From: Bacteroidales bacterium
GTDB lineage: Bacteria; Bacteroidota; Bacteroidia; Bacteroidales; VadinHA17
DNA: 64,000 nucleotides
Reading direction: 5' to 3'
Assembly: GCA_029974835.1 (NCBI GenBank)
Contig: JARKQN010000078.1
Location: 11,172-75,171 of the forward strand
The translations under genes were made by a program, and so were the position numbers. The first letter of the stretch is position 1; every line of letters starts with the position of its first letter. Below are positions 7,854-16,202 of this stretch, piece by piece. The notes under the pieces were generated by a model. That model did no database searches. It was not told the origin of the DNA and saw only the letters and a program-made list of their open reading frames with translations.

Positions 7854-10373
7854 TTAATAAACCATTATATATTTCTGAAGTACCGAATTGAGTTTCTCCC
7901 TGCTGAAAGGTTTCGAAATGTACTCATTGCATCCGGCCTCGATGGCTTTCTCCCTGTCTTCAGGAAATGCATAGGCCGTCTGGGCAATTACCGGCACGAG
8001 AGGGTTAATCTCGTGTATCTTCCTGGTGGCTACCAGTCCGTCCATTACCGGCATCTTAATATCCATCAGAACGATTCTTACATCCTGGTTCTTCTTAAAT
8101 AAGTCTATTGCCTCCTGTCCGTTTCTGGCACGCAGAATGCTGTATCCATAATTGCTGAGCAATGCCTCCAGAAAAAGATAATTGGACTCCTCATCCTCCG
8201 CAACTATGATTTTGACGCTTTTCATCTTCTTGATCTTCCCTTTCTCAGGTTCGGATGGAGAAGGATTACCGGCCGGCCTTGTATCTTTCACCGGGATGCT
8301 TACCACAAATGTGGAGCCTTTCCCGGGTTCGGAAAAAAGGGAGATTTCCCCGTCCATAAGAGTGACCCATGCTTTTGATATTGCAAGACCAAGCCCCGTT
8401 CCGCCATATTTTCTTGTCGCTGATTTGTCAACCTGGTAAAATCTTTCAAATATTTTTGAATGTTCACTTTCCGGGATTCCTATGCCTGAGTCCGATACTT
8501 CGATCTTTAATAAATTCTTATCGCGTATACACCTGAGTATTACAAAACCTGACCATGTGAATTTAAATGCATTGCTGAGAAGATTGTTGATTACCTGATA
8601 TAGTTTGGTTTCGTCAACAAGAATTGTCTCGTTGCATAGTGATTGATTTTCTTTCTTAAGAACAAACTCCAGTCCTTTCCGGTCGGCCTCGGGTTTATAT
8701 TGTTCATAAAGGCTTTCAATAAGCCTGCAGGGATTTGTATACGATTCGCGCAGCGATAACTGGCCTGTCTCTATTTGCGATATATTCAGAACATCCTCAA
8801 TTATTGAGAGCAGCTGATTATTACTCTGCAGAATTATGTCCATATAGTTTTTCCTTTCATCATCGTTGAGAGACTTGTTGTCGAGGAATGAGGAGAAACC
8901 CACAATTGCGTTTAGAGGAGTTCTTATTTCATGGGAGATATTTTGTAGAAATGCCGTTTTAAGCCTGTCGCTCTCCTCGGCTTTGTTTTTCTCATTTGTA
9001 AGCCTTTCAACCAGTAAGGCATTCTCGAGTGATAATGAGGCGATATTGGACAATGTCTGGCCGAGAGATATTTCAATCGGGGTAAATTTATGGAACACAC
9101 CTGTTGTGCCCAGGTTAAGAACACCACGAAGACTCCCGGGCGAGGAGAGGGGAAAGTAAATCAGGGATTTAATGTCCATCCTGTCCACTATTATCTTCTC
9201 CTGGGGCGTAAGCTGCTCCGAAGCTATATCTTCAGCAACAACCGGCTTGCCCGTTTCGATAGCTTTTCTGATGTGCAGGTGTTCTTTGATGTCAGCCACC
9301 CTGAATATTTCAGGATAATCATCCGGAAGCGGCGGAATTGTTGCTTCAAGATAGAGTTTTTCACCCGAAAGTGTATAGATTGCTCCGGCGTTGCCGTCGA
9401 TCAGATCAAGTGCGCCCTTAATGATTTTATTAAGGATTGTTTTTTTATCCAGAGATTCGAAAAGGCCGAGACTGATATTGAGCAACTGGTTTAATTCCTC
9501 GTTTCTTCTCTTGAGCTCAGCTTCAATTTTCTTTCTGTAAGTGATATCCTGAATAATCCCGAAGACGACTTTTTCTTCCGGTTTGTATTCAGCAACGGAA
9601 TAAATATCCAGGACTTCGCCTGTTGCCTGGTTTCTGATTTTGAACTCGATGTTATATGGCTTTATGCCTTTAATAAGGTTCTGTAGTTCCTCATCCAGGG
9701 CGGCGCGGTATTCGGGTAAAGGTATATCTTTTATATCCTCATATCTGAGCAGTTGGTTTGAAAGACCATAAAGTTTAATAGCCCCTTCAGAACCGTAAAT
9801 CATTCCGGTTCTGAGGTTAAGTTCCCAGTTTCCTGTGCCGGAAACAAGTTCAGCCCTTCTAAGCCTCATCTCGCTGTTCTTTACAGCCTCATCTGCCCTG
9901 ACTTTATCGGTTATATCCCTGATTGTCCCTGTTATACGGCGCGAATTAAGGTTAAGCCTGGCGCCAACCTCAAGATATTTGTTTTTGTACCGGACAATAA
10001 AAGGCTCAACATTCGTACCTTTTATAATAAGTTCCAGCAGAGGTCTTACAACTGAATTTTGTTTTTCATCAAGGAGGCGGGCAGCCAGCTCAAGAATACT
10101 TTTCTTCTCAATATCCTCTCTCTTTACATCAAGAATTTCAATAAGCGCATCATTGACGGATATTACTTTCCCTGTAAGGGATGTATAGGCAAGGCCGTCT
10201 GAAACAGTGTTGAAGATATCCCTGAAATCATTGCCGGCCCGGTTATAGTTTTCCTCTGCGATCCGTAGTTCGGCCAGCTCGCTTTCCAACTTTTTGATTC
10301 TTTCCTTAAGCTTCTGTATATCAGGAATATCAACTGCTTCTGCAGTTTTGTTTTTTTTCTTTTTTCCAAGCAT
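7854..10373 (-). CDS. Hybrid sensor histidine kinase/response regulator (coiled coil, PAS, GAF, HisKA, HATPase, REC)
   Basis: H-box FLQNISHEIRTPLNAI. ATPase G-box GGTGLGLAISKAW. C-terminal receiver KIIVAEDEESNYLF...RIVLMDIKMPVMDG. Confidence 0.9.
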   Translation of the reverse strand: MLGKKKKNKTAEAVDIPDIQKLKERIKKLESELAELRIAEENYNRAGNDFRDIFNTVSDGLAYTSLTGKVISVNDALIEILDVKREDIEKKSILELAARLLDEKQNSVVRPLLELIIKGTNVEPFIVRYKNKYLEVGARLNLNSRRITGTIRDITDKVRADEAVKNSEMRLRRAELVSGTGNWELNLRTGMIYGSEGAIKLYGLSNQLLRYEDIKDIPLPEYRAALDEELQNLIKGIKPYNIEFKIRNQATGEVLDIYSVAEYKPEEKVVFGIIQDITYRKKIEAELKRRNEELNQLLNISLGLFESLDKKTILNKIIKGALDLIDGNAGAIYTLSGEKLYLEATIPPLPDDYPEIFRVADIKEHLHIRKAIETGKPVVAEDIASEQLTPQEKIIVDRMDIKSLIYFPLSSPGSLRGVLNLGTTGVFHKFTPIEISLGQTLSNIASLSLENALLVERLTNEKNKAEESDRLKTAFLQNISHEIRTPLNAIVGFSSFLDNKSLNDDERKNYMDIILQSNNQLLSIIEDVLNISQIETGQLSLRESYTNPCRLIESLYEQYKPEADRKGLEFVLKKENQSLCNETILVDETKLYQVINNLLSNAFKFTWSGFVILRCIRDKNLLKIEVSDSGIGIPESEHSKIFERFYQVDKSATRKYGGTGLGLAISKAWVTLMDGEISLFSEPGKGSTFVVSIPVKDTRPAGNPSPSEPEKGKIKKMKSVKIIVAEDEESNYLFLEALLSNYGYSILRARNGQEAIDLFKKNQDVRIVLMDIKMPVMDGLVATRKIHEINPLVPVIAQTAYAFPEDREKAIEAGCNEYISKPFSREKLNSVLQKYIMVY

Positions 10374-10488
10374 ACCTGTATGAATGGGATTAACCTGAGT
10401 ATTGAAACATCACTCAAATATAATTAATTATAATAAATTGCTGATCAGGTTAATGCCAAAAAGAGCAGAAATGAGGAAAGCAAGTTAT

Positions 10489-11292
10489 TCAGGGGAGATC
10501 ATTTTCCCCCTTCACATATCCGAAATTGGCCAGGATGCCGCCGTCGACGTACAGTATATGACCGTTTACGAAGTTGCTGGCTTTTGAAGCGAGGAAGAGT
10601 GCCGCATATGCCACATCTTCAGGTTCACCCCACCGGCCTGCCGGGGTGCGGGTCATAACAAGGTCGTTAAACGGATGATTTCCCTCCCTGATAGGTGCAG
10701 TCTGGGCAGTGGCAATGTATCCGGGTCCGATGCCGTTAACCTGGATATTGTATTTTGCCCATTCGCACGTCATGGTTCGGGTCAGAAGTTTCAGCCCTCC
10801 TTTTGCGGATGCATATGCCGCAACGGTATTTCTTCCGTAAACGCTCATCATTGAGCACATGTTTATGATTTTTCCCGCACGTTTCCTTATCATATTAGGG
10901 ACGACCCGTTTCGTAACTATAAGCGGTCCCACGAGGTCCACGTCGAGCACAGTCCTGAAGTCAGACACGGCCATTTCAAGAATCGGTATTCTTTTTATTA
11001 TTCCGGCATTGTTAACAAGGATGTCCACCTCCCCCACATTCTGTTCTATTTCAGTGATACCTCTGTTTGTATCAGCCTCATTGGTTACATCAAACTGCAG
11101 GGTGTAGACTTCAAGTCCCTCTTTCTGAAATTCCCCTTTGCAGATTTCAAGTTTCTCCCTGCTAAGGTCATTTACGCAAACGTTTGCCCCAGCCCGGGCA
11201 AGCAGTATTCCTGTTGCCAGGCCTATCCCGTGAGTACCTCCGGTAACAAGGGCAACTTTTCCGGTAAGGTCGAATAAGTCCTTCATAATCAA
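10489..11292 (-). CDS. kduD: SDR oxidoreductase, KduD/gluconate-5-dehydrogenase type (2-dehydro-3-deoxy-D-gluconate 5-dehydrogenase)
   Basis: TGGTHGIG cofactor motif, NNAG, and the catalytic Y..AK (AAYASAKGG). Immediately downstream of kduI. Confidence 0.7.
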   Translation of the reverse strand: MIMKDLFDLTGKVALVTGGTHGIGLATGILLARAGANVCVNDLSREKLEICKGEFQKEGLEVYTLQFDVTNEADTNRGITEIEQNVGEVDILVNNAGIIKRIPILEMAVSDFRTVLDVDLVGPLIVTKRVVPNMIRKRAGKIINMCSMMSVYGRNTVAAYASAKGGLKLLTRTMTCEWAKYNIQVNGIGPGYIATAQTAPIREGNHPFNDLVMTRTPAGRWGEPEDVAYAALFLASKASNFVNGHILYVDGGILANFGYVKGENDLP

Positions 11293-11304
11293 ATGCCTGT
11301 TTTA

Positions 11305-12141
11305 TTACTTTAATGTATCAGGATATCTGACATCCATATCGCCGTAATCGAGATTTTCTCCTGCCATACCCCATATGAACGTATAGTTTGAAGTACCAGC
11401 AGCGCTGTGGATGCTCCAGGAAGGAGAAAGCACGGCCTGTTCATTTTTCATCCAGATATGCCGTGTTTCATCTGGATCACCCATAAAATGGCAAATTCCC
11501 TCTTTTTCGGGAACTTCAAAATAAAAATAAGCCTCCATTCTCCTTGCATGCGTATGAACAGGCATTGTGTTCCAGACGCTGCCGGGTTTAAGTTCCGTCA
11601 TTCCCATCTGAAGCTGACAGGTTTCAAGTACACTGTTTACAATCAGTTTATTCACAGTTCTGTGGTTCGACTGTTCTGGTGACCCAAGGACAACAACCTC
11701 GGCCTCCTTAACGGTTATCTTACGGCAGGGATGTTCGTGATGTGCAGGTGCCGAATTAATGTAAAGTCTGGCAGGATTTCCGGGAGTAACTGAACGAAAT
11801 TCAACGTTTTCGGTGCCTTTGCCAAGGTAAAGAGCTTCCTTATAATCAAGGGTAAAGACTCCCCTGCTGGTTGATATTTCGGCTTTACCTCCCGCGTTAA
11901 TTATTCCAAGCTCGCGCCTTGCAAGAAAATTCTCCGCCTTAAGTTCATTGAAAGGTTCAAGTTTGAGTGTTTTGCCGCCGGGCATTGCACCTCCGACAAT
12001 AAATCTGTCGTACATTGAATACACAAGAATTATTTCATCCTTTTCAAAGAGCCTTTCAATTAAAAATTCTTTTCTGATTTTTTCGGTGTCATAACACTTA
12101 AAATCACCAGGATGAACTGCATAGCGCATTTCTGTTTTCAT
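11305..12141 (-). CDS. kduI: 5-dehydro-4-deoxy-D-glucuronate isomerase
   Basis: 278 aa, the same length as E. coli KduI. The N-terminal segment IRKEFLIERLFEKDEIILVYSMYDRFIVGGAMP closely parallels the enzyme as I recall it. Confidence 0.9.
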   Translation of the reverse strand: MKTEMRYAVHPGDFKCYDTEKIRKEFLIERLFEKDEIILVYSMYDRFIVGGAMPGGKTLKLEPFNELKAENFLARRELGIINAGGKAEISTSRGVFTLDYKEALYLGKGTENVEFRSVTPGNPARLYINSAPAHHEHPCRKITVKEAEVVVLGSPEQSNHRTVNKLIVNSVLETCQLQMGMTELKPGSVWNTMPVHTHARRMEAYFYFEVPEKEGICHFMGDPDETRHIWMKNEQAVLSPSWSIHSAAGTSNYTFIWGMAGENLDYGDMDVRYPDTLK

Positions 12142-12200
12142 TGGAATAATTTATATGTTTTTAAATACAGGTTCATTAAAAATACCATTTTCTCAATCCA

Positions 12201-12208
12201 TATTTTTG
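12201..12208 (+). promoter_or_regulatory. Candidate -7 box (TATTTTTG) for the uxaC operon
   Basis: Matches the Bacteroides TAnnTTTG consensus. It lies 84 nt upstream of the uxaC ATG. I saw no clear -33 TTTG. Confidence 0.25.
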
Positions 12209-12239
12209 CGAAATATAGTATATTTTATATTTTCGTGTT

Positions 12240-12247
12240 CGTTAACG
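12240..12247. promoter_or_regulatory. Perfect 8-bp palindrome CGTTAACG between the candidate promoter and uxaC. Possible core of a LacI-family operator.
   Basis: The palindrome is visible in the sequence. It sits in the divergent kduI/uxaC spacer, and a LacI-family regulator is encoded in the same operon. Confidence 0.2.
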
Positions 12248-12291
12248 TAAATATATTTCATTAATTTCACACGGAAAAATTTTTTGGAAAA

Positions 12292-13689
12292 ATGCCTGAT
12301 TTTATTCATCCCGATTTTCTGCTGACCAATAAAACAGCAAAAAGATTATATCACGAATATTCTGAGAACCTGCCGATTATCGATTTTCACTGCCATCTTT
12401 CGCCGCAGATGATAGCCTCCGACAGGCAGTTTGAGAATCTTGCTCAGATATGGCTTGAAGGAGATCATTATAAATGGCGTGCCATGAGGACTAACGGCAT
12501 TCCGGAGAAATATTGCACCGGAGATGCACCTCCGGAAGAGAAGTTCGGCAAGTGGGCGGAAACGGTCCCGTATACTGCCGGCAATCCACTGTACCACTGG
12601 ACGCATCTTGAGCTCGCAAGATATTTCGGGATATTTGATCTGCTTTCTCCCTCAACCGCACCAAAAATATATAGCGAAGCCAATGCAATGCTCAAGGGCA
12701 GGGACTTCACCACCAGGTCGCTCATTAAAAAAATGAACGTTGAACTGATATGCACCACCGACGACCCTGTCGACTCCCTCGAATTTCACAGACAGTTGAA
12801 GGCGGATTTTGATGTAAAAGTGCTGCCGACATGGAGACCTGACGCCGTGATTAAAATCGAGGACAATGCAAAATGGAGGGAGTACGTGGAAAAGCTGGGA
12901 GTGAGTGCAAACCTGAGCATAAAAAATTTCAGCGATCTTATAAGTGCCCTCGAAAAGAGGCACGGTTTCTTCCACGAAAACGGGTGCAGGCAGTCTGATC
13001 ACGGGCTGGACAGGTTTTATTATTCCGCATATGACAGTTCTGAAGTGGAGAATATAACCAGAAAAATGCTCGGCGGCAAACCACTAAACGAAGGAGATCC
13101 CGAGAAATTCAGATGTGCCGTTATGTATGAACTCTGCTGCATGAATCATCGAAGGGGCTGGACCCAGCAGTTTCACGTGGGGGCCATGAGAAACAATAAC
13201 CTGAGAATGTTCAGAATGCTCGGACCCGACACCGGTTTCGACTCCATTGCCCCGCCACAGGATGCACTGAAAATGTCACGCTTCCTGAGTATGCTTGATG
13301 AAAGGGACCAACTGGCAAAAACCATCCTTTATAATCTTAACCCCGCCGATAATGAGGTTATGATAACTATGGCCGGCAATTTCAACGACGGAACTGTCCC
13401 TGTAAAGGTTCAGTATGGGCCTGCCTGGTGGTTTCTCGATCAGAAAGCAGGTATGGAAAAACACCTCAGGGATTTATCGTCACTCGGACTCCTCCCAAGG
13501 TTCATCGGAATGGTGACAGACTCAAGAAGCTTTATGTCGTACCCGAGGCACGAATATTTCAGGCGCCTGGTATGTAATTACGTAGGCGAGGAAGTGGAAA
13601 AAGGACTGATGCCATCTGATGAAAGCCTGCTAAGGATGATCGTTGAAGGTATCAGTTACCGCAACGCAAAAGAGCAGCTCGGCTATTGA
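12292..13689 (+). CDS. uxaC: Glucuronate isomerase (uronate isomerase)
   Basis: The N-terminal segment DFLLTNKTAKRLYHEYSENLPIIDFHCHLSPQ matches the UxaC signature. 465 aa. Confidence 0.92.
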   Translation: MPDFIHPDFLLTNKTAKRLYHEYSENLPIIDFHCHLSPQMIASDRQFENLAQIWLEGDHYKWRAMRTNGIPEKYCTGDAPPEEKFGKWAETVPYTAGNPLYHWTHLELARYFGIFDLLSPSTAPKIYSEANAMLKGRDFTTRSLIKKMNVELICTTDDPVDSLEFHRQLKADFDVKVLPTWRPDAVIKIEDNAKWREYVEKLGVSANLSIKNFSDLISALEKRHGFFHENGCRQSDHGLDRFYYSAYDSSEVENITRKMLGGKPLNEGDPEKFRCAVMYELCCMNHRRGWTQQFHVGAMRNNNLRMFRMLGPDTGFDSIAPPQDALKMSRFLSMLDERDQLAKTILYNLNPADNEVMITMAGNFNDGTVPVKVQYGPAWWFLDQKAGMEKHLRDLSSLGLLPRFIGMVTDSRSFMSYPRHEYFRRLVCNYVGEEVEKGLMPSDESLLRMIVEGISYRNAKEQLGY

Positions 13690-13721
13690 AAAAAATGTTT
13701 TAAACCAAACCTAAAAAAAAT

Positions 13722-14558
13722 ATGCTGAATCTTAAAGATAAAGTCGCAGTTATTACAGGGGGAGCCGGCATAATATGCTCCAGCATGGCCAAAGCCCTTG
13801 CATCGCAGGGAGTAAAGACAGCCATTCTCGACCTTAATAAGGAGGCAGCAGAGAAAGTGGCTGCGGAAATAAAAAACGAATTCAATGTTGCGTCAATAGG
13901 AGTCTCTGCAAGCGTACTTGATAAAAACTCCCTCGAAGCAGCCAGGGAAAAGATAGTTTCCGCGCTGGGAACACCAGATATTCTTGTGAACGGTGCCGGA
14001 GGAAATTCACCTGCCGCAACAACAAAACTGGAATGGATACCGGAGTCAGGTGCCGGGAATCCGGAAGATACCTTTTTTGGCCTTAAGCTGGAAGGTTTTG
14101 ATAAGGTTTTCGACCTTAATTTCAAGGGAACTCTCCTGCCTACCATGGTTTTCGGTAAGGATATGATTAATAAGAAATCGGGCGTCATTATAAATATATC
14201 CTCCATGAACTCCTACCGCCCGCTTACAAAAATCCCTGCATACTCTGCATCCAAGGCTGCCATCAACAATTTCACACAATGGCTCGCCGTCCATTTCGCA
14301 AAAACAGGTGTAAGAGTGAATGCCATTGCTCCGGGTTTCCTGCTTACCAGCCAGAACCGCTTCCTGCTTATTGATGAAAACACGGGTGATCTTACCCCGA
14401 GAGGAAAAAAGATAATAAACGGAACCCCCATGGGCAGATACTGCATGCCTGAAGAACTTAACGGAACATTGTTGTTCCTCGCTTCGGAAATGTCATCCTT
14501 TATCACAGGTATTGTGATCCCTGTCGATGGAGGTTTCAGCGCATACAGCGGAGTATAG
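13722..14558 (+). CDS. SDR oxidoreductase, probable fructuronate/D-mannonate oxidoreductase (short-chain UxuB type)
   Basis: TGGAGIICS cofactor motif and catalytic YSASKAA. The function is inferred from its position directly after uxaC. Confidence 0.6.
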   Translation: MLNLKDKVAVITGGAGIICSSMAKALASQGVKTAILDLNKEAAEKVAAEIKNEFNVASIGVSASVLDKNSLEAAREKIVSALGTPDILVNGAGGNSPAATTKLEWIPESGAGNPEDTFFGLKLEGFDKVFDLNFKGTLLPTMVFGKDMINKKSGVIINISSMNSYRPLTKIPAYSASKAAINNFTQWLAVHFAKTGVRVNAIAPGFLLTSQNRFLLIDENTGDLTPRGKKIINGTPMGRYCMPEELNGTLLFLASEMSSFITGIVIPVDGGFSAYSGV

Positions 14559-14568
14559 TAACAAGGCG

Positions 14569-14600
14569 AAAGGAGAAAGGAGAAAGGAGAAAGGAGAAAG
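14569..14600. repeat. Heptanucleotide tandem repeat (AAAGGAG) x4 plus a partial copy
   Basis: Counted directly: aaaggag aaaggag aaaggag aaaggag aaag. It starts 11 nt after the SDR stop codon. Confidence 0.9.
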
Positions 14601-14689
14601 TTGAGTAAAACGAAACCCTGACCGGAGTGTCAGGGGAGAAAGTTGAGTAAAACGAAACCCTGACCGGAGTGTCAGGGGAGAAAGTTGAG
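14593..14689. repeat. 42-bp perfect tandem direct repeat x2 plus a 13-bp third copy. Each unit carries a CCCTGAC-N6-GTCAGGG hairpin.
   Basis: Units 14593-14634 and 14635-14676 are identical (ggagaaagttgagtaaaacgaaaccctgaccggagtgtcagg). 14677-14689 repeats the first 13 nt. Confidence 0.9.
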
Positions 14690-14815
14690 CCCCGCTTCGC
14701 GGGGTAAATTCAACAAAACTCCAGACACTACGGTCTGGACAGGCCTGACCGGATTGAAAATCCTGACCGAATTGAAAATCCTGACCGGAGTGTCAGGAGC
14801 GTCAGGAGTGTCAGG
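14690..14815. repeat. Cluster of short GC-stem hairpins and an 18-bp tandem repeat
   Basis: CCCCGC-ttc-GCGGGG (14690-14704). CCAGAC-N6-GTCTGG (14721-14738). cctgaccgRattgaaaat x2 (14744-14779). Three CCTGAC (14744, 14762, 14780) are followed by three GTCAGG (14792, 14801, 14810). Confidence 0.85.
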
Positions 14816-14863
14816 GGAGAAAGGAAATTAGGGTAACCGGATTAACAAATAAACTGTGAGGGA

Positions 14864-16135
14864 ATGATTTATTACGGAACTGGTTCTGAAAAGACGACTT
14901 TAACAGAAGAAGATCTTAGAAACGGGCTATATACGGCACTTGACAAGATCGGCAGAAAAAAGAAAGTACTGGTTGTTCCTCCCGACATTACCAGAATTCA
15001 TTCGCGTGCTGGCGAGATTACAAAGCTGGCCTATGACTATTACAAGAAAAACCTGACAGATATACTTCCTGCCCTGGGTACCCATGTCCCCATGACTGAT
15101 GATGAAACTGCAAAAATGTTTCCCGGGATACCCCTGAACCTTTTCAGGGTACACAACTGGAGAAATGAGGTGGTTACTCTCGGCATTATCGGGGAGGATT
15201 TCATCTCTGAAATCACCGAAGGAAAAATAAAATATCCGTGGCCGGCGCAGGTTAACAGACTAATTAAAAACGGAGGTCACGACCTTGTGCTTTCTGTAGG
15301 ACAGGTTGTGCCGCATGAAGTGACGGGAATGGCAAACTATACCAAAAACATTCTGGTCGGAACAGGCGGCTCCGAAGGCATTAATAAAAGTCATTATATA
15401 GGCGCAGTTTACGGGATGGAACGGCTTCTCGGCAAGGCAGATAACCCCGTAAGACAACTTCTCAATTTTGCCGCTTCAAAATACCTTAATGACATACCTG
15501 TTGTTTATGTCCTTACGGTCATCGGACGGGACGAATCGGGAAAACTTGTTACGCGTGGACTTTTTATCGGGGATACCAGCGAAGTTTTCATGCTGGCATC
15601 AGACCTGTCGCTTAAAGTGAATTTCACAGTCCTGGAAAAACCGATAAGGAAAGCAGTGGTATATCTCGACCCGGATGAATTTAAAAGCACATGGCTCGGC
15701 AACAAAAGCATTTACCGTACAAGGATGGCGATGGCAGATAACGGGGAGCTGATAGTCATAGCTCCAGGTCTGAAGGAGTTTGGAGAGGACAGGGAGATTG
15801 ACCGGCTTGTAAGGAAATACGGATACAGGGGAACACCCGCCACCCTGAAAGCTGTTGAGGAGAATGAAGAACTTCAGAAAAACCTTGGAGCCGCAGCCCA
15901 CCTGATTCACGGAAGTACCGAGGGAAGATTCTCGGTGACTCTCTGCCCGGGAAAACTTACAAAAAATGAAATCGAATCTGCAGGTTTTAAGTACGCGGAT
16001 ATCAATGAGATAACAAAAAGATACAATCCTGCTGAACTGAAAGACGGATTCAATACACTTCCGGGTGGCGAAGAAATATATTATATTTCGAACCCCGCTA
16101 CCGGATTATGGGCTTCGAAGGAGAGACTGAGATAA
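14864..16135 (+). CDS. LarA-family (nickel-pincer-nucleotide-dependent) 2-hydroxyacid racemase/epimerase homologue. Substrate unknown; possibly an aldonate epimerase.
   Basis: PPDITRIH resembles the LarA SDHTRP motif. His74 (GTHVP), His151, Lys161 and His177 have H-to-K +10 and K-to-H +16 spacing. This equals the spacing of L. plantarum LarA His174/Lys184/His200. Confidence 0.65.
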   Translation: MIYYGTGSEKTTLTEEDLRNGLYTALDKIGRKKKVLVVPPDITRIHSRAGEITKLAYDYYKKNLTDILPALGTHVPMTDDETAKMFPGIPLNLFRVHNWRNEVVTLGIIGEDFISEITEGKIKYPWPAQVNRLIKNGGHDLVLSVGQVVPHEVTGMANYTKNILVGTGGSEGINKSHYIGAVYGMERLLGKADNPVRQLLNFAASKYLNDIPVVYVLTVIGRDESGKLVTRGLFIGDTSEVFMLASDLSLKVNFTVLEKPIRKAVVYLDPDEFKSTWLGNKSIYRTRMAMADNGELIVIAPGLKEFGEDREIDRLVRKYGYRGTPATLKAVEENEELQKNLGAAAHLIHGSTEGRFSVTLCPGKLTKNEIESAGFKYADINEITKRYNPAELKDGFNTLPGGEEIYYISNPATGLWASKERLR

Positions 16136-16202
16136 ATACATTAATCGTAATGGTGAATAAACAATCTATACAAAAGCAATAATAAAAATATAACTACTGA
16201 TT

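Noticed and set aside
7803-8102. 99-aa plus-strand ORF.
   Set aside because: It is antisense to the well-supported REC domain of the hybrid kinase and has no recognisable features.
13700-14206. 168-aa minus-strand ORF.
   Set aside because: It is antisense to the SDR gene, which has clear cofactor and catalytic motifs.
14559-14863. CRISPR array.
   Set aside because: The repeats are contiguous tandem copies (7, 42 and 18 bp) with no unique spacers between them. No cas genes are in the window.
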